This document shows positions 14,690 through 26,713 of a stretch of 64,000 bases of DNA, piece after piece. Source of the stretch: Octopus sinensis (taxonomy: Eukaryota); contig NC_043020.1 of NCBI RefSeq assembly GCF_006345805.1, positions 20,646,001-20,710,000 on the forward strand. Direction: 5' to 3'. Below the pieces are notes generated by a model. That model was not told the origin of the DNA. It made no database searches and worked only from the letters and a program-made list of their open reading frames with translations. How positions within the stretch are numbered: the first letter of the stretch is position 1; the number at the start of each line of letters is the position of its first letter. A program made the translations under genes and the position numbers.

Positions 14690-14905
14690 TATACTTTTCT
14701 ACTCAAGGCACGAGGCCCGAAATTTTTGGGGAGGGTGCCAGGTGATTAGATTGACTCCAGTGCGCAACTGGTACTTAATTTATCGACCCCGAAAGAGTGA
14801 AAGGCAAAGTCGACCTCAGCAGAATATGAACCCCAAATGTAAAGACAGACAAAACACTGCTAAGCATTTTGCTTGGTGTGCTAACGTTTCTGCCAGCTCA
14901 CCGCC
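14690..14905 (-). mobile_element. tRNA-derived SINE, ~210-bp family
   Basis: Same sequence as the array at 38.5-42.5 kb (GACCCCGAAAG...AAAGGCAAAGTCGACCTC; head GGCGGTGAGCTGGCAGAA on minus). Confidence 0.8.
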
Positions 14906-15029
14906 TTATACTCATTATATATATATATGTGTGTCTATATACACACATCACACACACATACATATGTATACATACAAATATATACACACATATATATATA
15001 TATATATAATATATATATATATATATACG

Positions 15030-15240
15030 CGTGTGTATGTGTGTGTATGTGTTTGTCCACCCACCATTGCTTGACAGCCAATGCTGGTGTGTTTATGTCC
15101 CCATAACTTAGCTGTTCGGCAAAAGAGACCGATAGAATAAGTATTAGGCTTACAAAGAATAAGTCCTGGGGTCGATTTGCTCTACTAAAGGCAGTGCTTC
15201 AGTATGGCCGCAGTCAAATGACTGAAACAAGTAAAAAAAA
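15030..15240 (+). mobile_element. SINE (~400-bp family), 3' half
   Basis: GATAGAATAAGTATTAGGCTTACAAAGAATAAGTCCTGGGGTCGATTTG...GACTGAAACAAGTAAAA is shared with copies at 24.1, 28.3, 33.6 and 48.2 kb. Confidence 0.8.
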
Positions 15241-16435
15241 AAAGAAAAAATATATATATATATATATATATACAGACACACATACAGGTAAACTGGTTAT
15301 TATGGGTAGTATATAGTGAAACATATACACAAATGTATATACATGTAAATTACCTACAGTTGACAAAACTTTGAAAACAATGACATTTATAACTGTCTCT
15401 ACATATATTCTGTGTATGTACATATATATTAAATTGGTTGAAGTCATACAGCTGTTTCTGGGATATCCCAAGTGATAGCTGTAGTATTGCTGTAATACTG
15501 CCTGGATTTACCTTGGATTTTAACTAAGGACATTCGGACTAAAATCCATAGAATGAACTTACTCTCTACTCTTCTATTTCATTGCTTATTATCTGTGAAT
15601 TTTCCATGTCTAGATGTTTTATCTGAATATTTCCATGTCTAGATCTGTCATATGTTCTCTACTTGTCTCTGATGACGGAATACCCCATGTTCAGGCATAC
15701 TCACCTATCAGTACCTTTGGGTAGGTTTTCTACCTGGCTGGCACCATTGAAGATGGACGTGGTTGAGGGTTTGTTTGAACCACAATTTTAAAAGCTATCT
15801 GCTGGAACCAAAATTATTTATTTGTTTATGGGGGTTTGGGCTCAAATAACCAAATCAGGGCATATTGACCAAAATTGCCTTTTTGGTGTATTGCAGTCAA
15901 AAATGATTTACTGGTAGGTGCTTTTAAGGGCTCCTCATTTACTCATTTTTTTTTCTCATATGAGGATATGATTGACATCACTTGCAATGATTTTATAGTC
16001 TCTACAAATTAATTTTCAAAAACCAAAATTGCAATTCAGCACTTTGTTGTGTCCATTGTGTCCAACTGCTCAACTTCCTGTTTCAGTTTCACTTTCTTTG
16101 TACAGTCTGCCATTTTGCTGACACAGCATTTTTTCCCTCACTTGTTTGGCGCTTTACCTTCATATTGGTCATTCTCTAAAAGTTGTTATCAATTGATGTT
16201 GTGCCTTGTTGCATGCTTGCATTTTGTTCACTTGTTTTTGAAGTATGTGTGCATCAACAGCAATATTGAATCATTACATGTTTGGGCCAATTGCCATGAG
16301 TTGTTGCAGTTTTATCTGTTTGGGTTGTTCTTTTGACTGGTTTGCATGTGTTTTCTCTAATTTGAGCTCAGGGTGACAAAGCCAATTTTATGCTGATGTA
16401 TTTTCTTTATCTTTTAGGTAGGAAATCAATTCAAA

Positions 16436-18183
16436 ATGAAGTGGAATAACAAAGAAGCATTAGAACTATTTCTTGGTTATACCAAACACTTGCCTAAAAA
16501 CACCAAGAAGGGCAAGAAATGTGATGAAGCAGTGACCATGTTCATAGAGAATCTTCCAAAGCCACCTCCAGACCATTGGTCCATCAGCATGAAATTCTTG
16601 AGAATGTTGGATTCAAAACCTGGCAACAGGAGTTCTCAAAGTGATGTGTCCAAATAGGAGAATTTGGTTTTCTTTGAGCATGTTCAAGCATCAGATAAAG
16701 AAACCAAGAAGCAGACCAAGTGTAACCCTCAGTGATGCACCTTGTTTGAAAAAAACAAGGTCGATTTTGAAAAATGTGGTTTGTTGGGTAGAACAATTTA
16801 CTGAGAAACAGAATGTAACAAAAAAAGTTGCTCTGCAAGTGGTAGTCGATGAATGCAAATGGACTTGGCATTTCTCTGTTAAGCCAACAAAATGCACAAT
16901 TCCTGTTGACAATGCAGTAGCATTAGTCCTGTTACTGTCCTCGTCAGCTGGACTACAACAACACTGTGCTTTGGACAAACCCAGTGCCAAAACAGCACCA
17001 GTTTTGCATGCCCTGTGTTACTTACCAGGTGTGTTGAGGAATGAGATCTTCTTACTGTTGAACTTGAACCATCTTTTGAAGTTATAAGGGATGTGTATCA
17101 GTTAAATGTTCTTCTTGGTGACAAAACTATCACTGTACATTACAAAACAAAGTGCTCAATGGTTGATGGAAAAATGGTCTCCTTGCTTCAAGGTGTCAGT
17201 CAAGTATTCTGTTATCTGTGTAATACATTGCAAGCTGATGCAAACAATGTTAGAGTGATATCTGTAGGCTTTGATATTACGAAGGACTATGCTTCTTGCG
17301 AAACAGAATGGGAAAAACTGTCAGCTGAGGACATTACCAATTCAAGTAGTGAGAGACAAGGACAATGTCATGAGAACATCATCAAAGCTGATCTTTTTTG
17401 CCTTTCTGTTCTTCACTTTCAGCTGAAATCATTGGATTTTGCACAGAAAATTCTCCACTACCTTGGTGGTCAGAAGATCTGGAGTGAGACAGCAAACCTT
17501 AATGTGATGCGATTTCTTGGTTGAACCAAAAAAGAATGCATTGATGCTATCTGTTCCAGTACTGGAATCTTAATGGACTCACCATGTGGTTCAGTGGGGT
17601 ACACCAATACTGGTCCCCTGGCTGATCGGTTCTTCAGTCCAGTTCACCATGATACAATTCTCAGTGACAAAGATCGACAAAACTATTGTACTTTTTGTCA
17701 TTGACAAACATCATGCTCACCATTACACAATCAGTTAATGCAACAAAGAAGGTGCAAGTTGATGCGTTGAAGTAACTGGATAGAGAGCTGATGATGCACA
17801 TGAAGAACATGCTCCTTATCAAGAAGGGGTAGCCTTGGGTGTTGATCATTCCATCTTTCCACAAAATGTGTGTGCATAGCTGGCAGCTCTTTGAGTTAAA
17901 TAGTGGCCAATAAATTGCTAAATGGAGTGAGAGTTGGAATAAACATCTAAGGTCATTTCAAAGTGGTCCTTCTGCAAGATCTTGCTAGCTTTCAATCAAG
18001 GATAACATCCGTGACATCTTCAGAAGAATGTCCATCATGTCACATCCAGCAATTGCTTCAAAACATCCCAGCCCAAGTTGTTCTGTTTGTGGTGAAGTTG
18101 GTCACACAGGCCGTTCTTCAAAACATAACATGGGGTCTGCTTTGACAGAGGAACTATCAAGAATTGAATCACTATATTACTGA
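16436..18183 (+). pseudogene. Decayed Transib/RAG1-like DDE transposase, with internal deletion, stops and frameshifts
   Basis: Ordered motifs: SRPSVTLSD (NBD-like); LWTNPVP/NSTSF..PV (cf. RAG1 KPNSELCCKPL); SMVDGK (2nd catalytic D, cf. Transib TMIDGK); FCYLC (ZnC2); LSVLH; GYTNTGPLADRFF (cf. Transib GNTNDGNTSRRFF); PSFHKMCVH (ZnH2); KWSESWNKH (catalytic E region); DIFRRM..SHP; CSVCGEVGH tail. A splice acceptor TTTTAG ends at 16417, upstream of the ATG. Confidence 0.85.
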
Positions 18184-19189
18184 TTGGTCCATGTTACACA
18201 TATTTATTGTTTAGCATTATTGTTTCAATATTTCTTGTGAATAATAAGTAATCAGTTTTCACAGTTTTGTGCAAATGATTCTGATTTTCTTTGTGAATCA
18301 CAGGGGTGGAGTTTCATTGTATTTTTCTTTGGTGGGGGTAAACTATGGTAAAGTTTCAATCCAGGGATTTGTTGGGAATATTTTCTTTTCGTTATCTTGC
18401 ATTTTGGCTCTTCTTTAATTTTGAAATAAGCAAGACAAAATCCTCCAAACCAGAATCTGACCTTCCTAATAAGATTTTTACTCCATAAAATAGGCTAAAT
18501 ACCAAAAAAGTGCATTTAAGATCAATTATTTCAAGAAATTTATAAGGTTTTGAGTCCATTTTATGTTTCCTGTTTTTATACTTGTTTAATCACATTGGGG
18601 GTCAATAACTACCGATTTTACCCGATTTTGGTTGGTTTTGATGTTTGGTACCCAAACATCAAAACTTTCTGTGTAGCCTTTTAACCCCTTTGAACTGATT
18701 TTTTTCCACAGTTTACATGAAATGTTAAGGATGTCAAATATGTTAGTCTTTAATATGTCAAAATTTGTCATTTAAAAAAAAAATTATGAAGTTTGAGGGG
18801 ATTTTACCAAAAATCTGGGTATTTCTATCAAAAACTTAAATTTTTCATGCATCCCCTATTTTCTCAAATTTAAGTTGGCCTATGCACTCTAGGCTGTGGC
18901 TTGGCTGAAAGACAATAAAAAAATGCTTCTAAATAAGTTCAAACAGAGGTTAAAAATCTTTTTTGTGAAAGAAAATATGTTCAATCTTAAGATACTTAAA
19001 AATAAACGTAAATTTCATTTAAACTGGCCAACTTTAAAGAGCTATAAAAATGTAAACCATACATTATTTTAAACTCAGATTTTTTGCTTTGTAATCTCTT
19101 GAGTTTCGAGAACCAAAAAATATACATTTTAAACATGTGAGAGAAACTTCCAAAAATGATAAATTGCCACTCTGGACACAATATGAGGT

Positions 19190-21050
19190 AGAGTCCCTGC
19201 TCAACTTTACCAATGCTTCATTCATGGAGCAAATTGTGCTCCAATCAAGCAGGACAAATAATATCTCTGCTTCACAAACAATATGGATATCATCCATAAT
19301 GTGAAAGTGATACCAACACTTGGCTTGGATCATAATGTAATAATGCTGACTATGTATGGACCAAAAGCATCTGCAGACATACAATCTATATGAACCACCT
19401 GAAACCTCTCCAGTCTGAATGAACTTTCAGAAAGCAAACTGGAAATTGATTCAGAAAGAGATCCTCAAACAGGATTGGCCTAAATGTCTCTTTACATCAG
19501 ACATTGACATCAAACTCATAGTTTATGTCCACAATGCAAGCCAACAAACACAACAATGAAATCCCTAGGGAGAGGAAAATTTTTATGAGACAACAGACAA
19601 AGATTACAAACTGCCTGAACAAAATCTCAACAGTTGTGAAAAGTCCCACCTGAAAACAACACTGACAGAGATTGAGAAAAGTCTGCAACAATCCCATGAA
19701 ACAGATAAAGAGGCTTGGGTTATAGAAAATAATAAGTTAAACTTTAAAACTTTCTTGAACTTTATCATAGAAATGACCTTAGTATACTGCAAGACAGGGC
19801 CTTCTTCCAAAAGGACAGCCCCCTCACAGAAAACCTAATGTGAATAAGTGAAATACTGAACAGTTCAAAAGTGTTTTCACTATCGCTTTGGGACACAGGC
19901 AAGTGAAACAAACCAGTGAAGTTCTTTACCACTACATAATTAATTACATCAACATTACAGAAGATGTAATACTGACCAAACTCAGCTGCTGGCACTGATG
20001 GGTTCCCAGTAACCCTTCACAAATCATGTAACCGAGTCCTTGAAAAACCACTGCAGTTTCTTTTTCAGAGCTTCCCTGCCAGTTGTAAGCTCCCTGGCAA
20101 ACTGAAGGTAGGAACAATATATCCTATCCACAAAGAAGGAAGCAGAACAGATGTTAAAAATTATAGGTCTATCTCTCAGGCCTCACACATCAACAAAGTT
20201 ATGGAATAAAGTCCGCAGGAAACCAATTTCATTCCTAGAGGAGAATGACTTGATGACCAACACCAGGCATTGTTTATGACCAGGTAGAAGCTGCATGATA
20301 CAGCTCTTACAGCACAACTGGGTGTTAAAGCAGCAATGGTATGATTATGTCACAAGCTGTGTAATTTCAGCATAGTTGTAAAACTTGGAAAGTGGCAATA
20401 AAACGCAGCTGGCTGTCTGGATCCTTCGAAACTTTCTGAATGGGAAAAAAGGAACCATGATGGTCCTCTGGAAGACATATCAGCCACTTAGACTACTGTT
20501 CCCAACCATGGTCACCACACTGTAAAATTAACAGCACAACTTGAAGCAATCCAGCAAAGTTATGAAAAGTTCAATACATGTCAGCTCCTGGAAAAGGCTG
20601 AAAAAGTTAAGACTCTACTCCCTAGAATAAAGGCAGGAAAGATATGCAGTGATATACATATGGAAAATCATGGAAAGAGTTGCAACAAACATTGCTATTG
20701 GACGTTACACAAATAGCAAAATGGAGTACCACAGCATAGTGCCAAAGATCCCAACATTACCATCAGGATACCGAACCAGATACTGCAACAGCTTGGGTTT
20801 CAAGGGCATCCAGCTATTCAATATACTCCCAAAAAGCTTGAAAGGCCTGCATGAGATGGATGTGTCTTCAAAACAAAACTGGATCTCCTCCTGTTATGAG
20901 TTCCAGATGAGCCTACCTCATAGCAGGAAACACAGATGAGAGTAGCATCATCAGATTCCCTCATTCACCAAATACCACATATCAGAGGAGATTTCAAATA
21001 GTGAAAGTGCAGTAAAGCTAACAGCTGTGCCCCAGCATAGATGCAACTCT
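19190..21050 (+). mobile_element. Decayed CR1-type LINE, same family as 3400-5470, internally deleted, 3' end retained
   Basis: Collinear with the first copy (CTCAACTTTACCAATGCTTCATTCAT..., GAAATTGATTCAGAAAGAGATCCTCAAAC); C-terminal IYIWKIME...CNSLGFKGIQLFNILPKSL. Confidence 0.85.
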
Positions 21051-21089
21051 TGTGCTGAAACTAGTAAAAGAGTTATATAAAATTATCAA

Positions 21090-21960
21090 GAAATGGGGTA
21101 GTTGACACTTTTGTTTACCTGGGCAGCACATTGTTAAGAGAAGGCTCTCTAGATGCAGAAATACATCCACACATTCAGAAAGCATCTGTAGTGTTTAGGC
21201 AGCTTGAAAAGAAAATCTGAGCAAATTGCATTATCACCAAGATGAAACATTTACAAGGTATGCATACTAATGGCTCTATTGTACTATTCTGAAACATGGA
21301 CAGTACACCATAGGCATTTCAAGCTGTTTGAGAGCGTTGATCAAAAGTGACGAAGTAAAACACCTAATACAGAAGCCCTTGCAATGGCATCCAGTCACTC
21401 ATCATATGTACTCAGATGCATTAAGCAGGCCATGTGGTGTATATGGAAGATAATAGGATTCCAAAAAAGCTGTTCTATGGTGAGATGTGCACTGGAAAGC
21501 ATCCTCAGCACAAACCACACAAAAAGAGAGGTACAAAGACTGCATAAAAAGCAACCTGAAGGAACTGAAGATCAATCTAAGGAACTGGGAAGAACTAGCT
21601 TTGAAAAGAGCTGAGTGTATAAGGGAAGGTTGTAAAACTTTTGAAGAGGGTAGCCTTGAGCATGAAAGCCTAAAGTGCTGGCTTTGGCTGGGTATATCAA
21701 CATCTGAAGTCCTATGAAAGATCAACTGTATGCAATGTCCTTCCTACTAGTTGGAGTGATTTGACATGTGTAGTGCGTGTAAGATCTGAAGAGATATATG
21801 GTGATTCACAGGGATCATATCTTACAAAGCAATCTGATCAATCCAGTAAAACTTACAACTTTCATCTGTCATGTATGCTTCAAACTATACAGATCTGCAA
21901 CAGGACTGAAAAATAATCTGAGTGGTCAGAAATGCCATCGACAATCAGGAAACTCTGAGA
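21090..21960 (+). mobile_element. Decayed RTE-BovB-like LINE 3' fragment
   Basis: KERYKDCIKSNLKELKINLRNWEELALKRAE is typical of the RTE/BovB C-terminus; upstream relic of the IQKASVVF..L segment. Confidence 0.7.
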
Positions 21961-23166
21961 GATGGCAACCATCTGTAAAGATGGAGCAATCATCACACAC
22001 ACACACACGTAGAGAGAGAGAATGAAAGAAAGAAGTCATGTATATAGTTATAAGTGTTTTTCACATACACACATACATTACCATAATAAGTCAATATCAA
22101 AACTTGCCCGCCTTTATATCCTAATTACATTTTATTTTTCTTCCTTATTGTGGATGTACATGCACATACACAAATATATATACATATACATCATTTATAA
22201 GGAATACATACATACCCATACACACACTAACATAAATGTGTGTGTGTGTGTGTGTGTTTATAAATATAAATACATATATGTACATTTATACATACAAATT
22301 CTATGCTCCATTCAAACACATACACATTAGTATAACTACTACTGCTATGCACACACACACCAACAAACCGCAATGGAAGCTGTTAGATTTATCTACTCTC
22401 AGTTATATAACTTGAAAAAAACTGCTCTTTCTCTCCATCTTTCTCAATTTGTGTAACACAGATACTCTCTCTCCATTCATGCATCTTTTTCTTTTATTCT
22501 CTTTTCTTTCCCCCTTCTCTTTCTCTCTCTGTCACATTAATTTTATCTTTATTATATTTTATCTGTTATTTTTCTATAAAGACTATTTCTTTCCTCAATG
22601 GTAACTAATTCCATATGTTTGGTATTTATGGCCAAGATTTCTTCATTATCTTACATCCCTTCCTGCTTCACCATCACCCCTGCTAATCCTCTCTCTCTCT
22701 CTCTCACACATACACATACACACACACAACCCAATCTCAAATTTTTGTTGGGGAGTAGACAGACACACTACAGAAAACTTTGGTACTTTATGTGTATATG
22801 TATTTTTGTATAGGTATATGTGCTCCCTGTCTAGAGAAAGGAAGAGGAGGAGAGGGAAATGACTACTGAAGGGAGAAAATGGTGAAAAGAGGGAGAAGTG
22901 GTAAAGTTGGCTCCAGAATCCATCTTCCCTCTCCATGGATCTGGCAGCATCAAAGATTGTACATATAATATAAATAATTTACAAATAAAACTATAATATT
23001 ATAAAACCATGAAACAGTTTTATCTACAAACATACACATATGCATACACATACACAGACATATACATGTATAACTATACACACACAGCAACAAAATTATA
23101 TGAAGCTACCATCCATCTGGAATAGTTTGCAGATCACTGGAACTATCTACTAACTGAAATGTAGTG

Positions 23167-23348
23167 TTAAATGGTTGAGTATTCCATTGACACCAGTACT
23201 TTTAATACAGTTGTCAGCAGGGTCAGTGTGATGCAATATGACAAAATAGGAGCTTTTGCATTGGCTGCACAATTTTCAACTTCGTTCACACTTTCTCTCA
23301 GAAGCGAAAGGAGTTCAAACTCTGGAGATTTGATTGTGAAGCAAACAT
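23167..23348 (-). CDS. Candidate terminal coding exon with hydrophobic C-terminus (GPI-signal-like); unverified
   Basis: After AG (23349-50) the frame is open for 59 codons: VCFTIKSPEFELLSLLRESVNEVENCAANAKAPILSYCITLTLLTTVLKVLVSMEYSTI*. Unique, less AT-rich sequence, but the acceptor lacks a polypyrimidine tract. Confidence 0.3.
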
Positions 23349-24109
23349 CTTAATCATTTCACCATGCTTGTAGCTTTACATAAAAATAGTTAAGAATTAA
23401 AAGAAATGAAATCTTGAGATGGTCGTATTCTTCACACTGTTTCTTATGCAGTATTTTCATATATGTTACAACTATGCCACAATGTTGTGAGTATTTGAAA
23501 ATGTGTGTCAAGTGTGTAATGTAGCTGAAACTATGGAAAACTATGTTGTGTACCTTGGAGTACAGAAGTCGTGCTGGGACATTGTAAACAGGAATACAAA
23601 GGAGTCTGTAAACAGGAATTCACAAGCAGTGTGCAAATAAGTATACAGACATAGTGCCATGTACATAGGAGTATATGGGTGCAGTATTGAGAGTAAACAG
23701 GATTATGTAAATAAGTTGTGCTGCGTAAATAAGAGTACAGGGATAGTGTTGTGCAAATAGGAGTACAGGAGTAATGGTGTGCTAATAAAAGAGGTGCTTT
23801 ATCATTTGGTCTCAATAATGTACAACAGAATTTATACTCAGAAAATTTCATTTCATTTCACTTCAGTTCAGCTACATATCTACTTGTATATCTATTAACA
23901 TATCTCTCTATCTGCAAATATGTTGATGTATCTGTAGGCTCATATATATACTTATCTAGCTAGCTACTAATTACTATCACATCATGTCAGTTTACCATTG
24001 GTACACATCTACCATCAATATAGGGTTAAGTCTGGAATTAGATAAAACTGATGAGGGTCTATGCCAATATCAAACAAGAAGTTGCATTTTATAAAACTTA
24101 TTCTTAAAT

Positions 24110-24480
24110 AGGCATGGATGTGTTATTAAGAAGTTCACTTTGCAACCTAACTGCTTCAGGTTCAGTCCAACTAAGCAGCGCTTTGGGAAAATGCCTTCTT
24201 AGTTCAGATCAACTAAAGCTTTGAAGGTGAAATTTATTGAATAGAAACTGCACAGAAGCTTACTACATCTATGTGCAAACACAGACATGCATGTGCATGC
24301 ACACACACAAATACACACACACAGGGCGTGTTTGTGCATGTCCAAAACTGTAACTAAGCAGTTTGACAAATAGAAATGGGTGTAGTAAGTACTAGACTGG
24401 AGGTCTACACAATCAACTCAGCTCTTGAAGGCAGTACTCCAGTTTGATTGCAGTCAATGACTGAAAACAGCAAAAGAATA
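24110..24480 (+). mobile_element. SINE (~400-bp family), diverged
   Basis: GGTTCAGTCCAAC..GCGCTTTGGGAAAATGCCTTC head; internal (CA)n; GCAGTCAATGACTGAAA tail. Confidence 0.7.
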
Positions 24481-25993
24481 GACAGATAAATTAAACAACA
24501 ATTTAGCAAACCAGATGTCTTCAACAAAATACTTCTAGAGGAATTATTAAAAACGGTTATATCAACTACTGTTTTACATCCAATTTTTCATGCTGGCTGT
24601 ATATGATACTGTTGGCGGAAGTAACTTTTTGCAGATATATGCTGCATACATCAGTTAATCTTGCTAAATGACCAGTATACAAAAACCACTGATAGAAAAA
24701 AATTACTCTAGAGATGCAATCTTTTACCTACCAATGCTAAACAAGAACTATCACCATGAACAAATCTTGTATACATGTATGTGGGTTTACATGTGTGTGT
24801 ATATGTGTGTAGAAAGAGAAATAGAAAAGAAAAGACAGGATGTTCACAGAAAAATCAATGATGATGTCAAACTAAAATCACAGGAAACTCAAGTACTTTG
24901 AAAAAATAAATTTTAAAACAGAAAGCACTTAAATAAACACAGAATATAAACAAATGAGTGTAAGGTTCAGTAAGGAGTCCTAATCTGCTGGATAACATGA
25001 CCAACTATCACGGGCATGACAATAATAGATAGCTAAACTATTTAGTTTAGGTAAACTCATAGACAAGATGAAAGTCTGATGGTAGGATGATACAGTTTAA
25101 AGAGAAGGTGTACATTCCACAGCTGAAGATTACTGTTTGACAGTAGGACAGCATATGTTAAAGAGCACAATGTCATAGTTAATAGCAGGATATCAAAGAT
25201 TTCATGGTAGGATATTACATGTAATAGCAGAACACCATGTTGCTGTTAAGCAAAACATATATTTAATGGTTGGATAGCATATGTTTAAAAGCAGGACATC
25301 CACCACATTTAATGGGTACACTTCACACCTGACAAATGAGCAGCAAAAGAACAAAACCCTTCTTGCAATTTTCAAGTCATACTGATGACATTTGATAGGA
25401 TTTCCAAGTGTATGTGCCTCATTTCTCTGTCTTCCTCTCCTTTCTTCACTTTGTGAGCATTACAGTAGGACTTGCATTGTATAAACAATTTACAGGCTTA
25501 TCACCATAACACTGAGCAACAAGACTTAGTACTCACATTCACAAAACTTAGGCGTACCTAATGATATAGTAGAAGACACCCACAAACACATACAAATAAA
25601 TAAAAAAATATGTATATAATATATATCATTATATAGATAATATTATGAATATTATATATGCAAAACACAGAGACAAACACACACAAAAAAAAAACACACG
25701 GGCACAAACAAATGCGCAGATAAGGATACACATCACAGAAAGACAGAATGCACTACACACAGCAGAAAAATATACACAGCATGCAAAAGTTGCTGAAGAG
25801 GTCAGATATGAGTGACACAAGATTTCCAGAAAATGGACATAGGATAAAATAGGAACAATAATAAATGAGAGAATAAATATATATTGTGTGTGATTATTTG
25901 GCAACGAAAGAAAATGATTATCGTAAAATATAACGATATCCGTTTCAACATGGTTTCAAATCAGGCATCTTCCAAACTAACTTCATAAACATA

Positions 25994-26368
25994 TCTATTA
26001 TATAAAATCCGTTCTGTCTGTCTGTGTGTGTGTCTTCTAGGATCTCGGGCATCCTCCATCCAATTGCGCTCAAATTTGATATGTAGATACTGACGGTATG
26101 AGGGCATGTATAAGTCTTGAAAAAATTACAAAAATTGATTCCAGGTAAGAAAGCAATCGATAAAGCCGTGGGAACGTGCATTTGTAAAATCGTTTTATAC
26201 AATAGGACAAATTTATATTATTTAATCTCAACTGAGCATTTGCTGGTGTCTCAAATTTAGGTTAAATCAGTGTTTCTCAAAGGGATGGTCCGACAAGTTT
26301 TGAGAAAATTTGGTTTAAATGTTTGACAACTTGGCACCGTCCAATGGACGGGAGGGCCGTTTTGCTCG
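25994..26368 (+). mobile_element. Non-autonomous Helitron-like element
   Basis: A|TC 5' start (TCTATTATATAAAATCC...), subterminal hairpin CCGTCC-AAT-GGACGG (26337-26351), 3' end CTCG|T (variant of CTRR|T). Confidence 0.65.
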
Positions 26369-26369
26369 T

Positions 26370-26410
<41 letters not shown>

Positions 26411-26507
26411 TATTTTATATACATATGCATACATATATACATATACATGCATATATGTATGTATGTATATGTATATATGTATGCATATGTATATATAAAT
26501 ATATATG

Positions 26508-26542
<35 letters not shown>

Positions 26543-26613
26543 ACGAGCAAAACGGCCCTCCCGTCCATTGGACGGTGCTGAGTTGTCAAACATTTAAACC
26601 AAATTTATATATA

Positions 26614-26713
26614 NNNNNNNNNNNNNNNNNNNNNNNNNNNNNNNNNNNNNNNNNNNNNNNNNNNNNNNNNNNNNNNNNNNNNNNNNNNNNNNNNNNNNNN
26701 NNNNNNNNNNNNN
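26614..26713. other. Assembly gap (100 N)
   Basis: Run of N. Confidence 1.

Noticed and set aside
15665-15700. CTGATGA motifs here and at ~24047
   Set aside because: Downstream GAAA core and stems are missing or broken.
18200-19180. Possible RAG2-like gene downstream of the RAG1-like ORF
   Set aside because: AT-rich, stop-ridden and too short; no kelch-like motifs seen on either strand.
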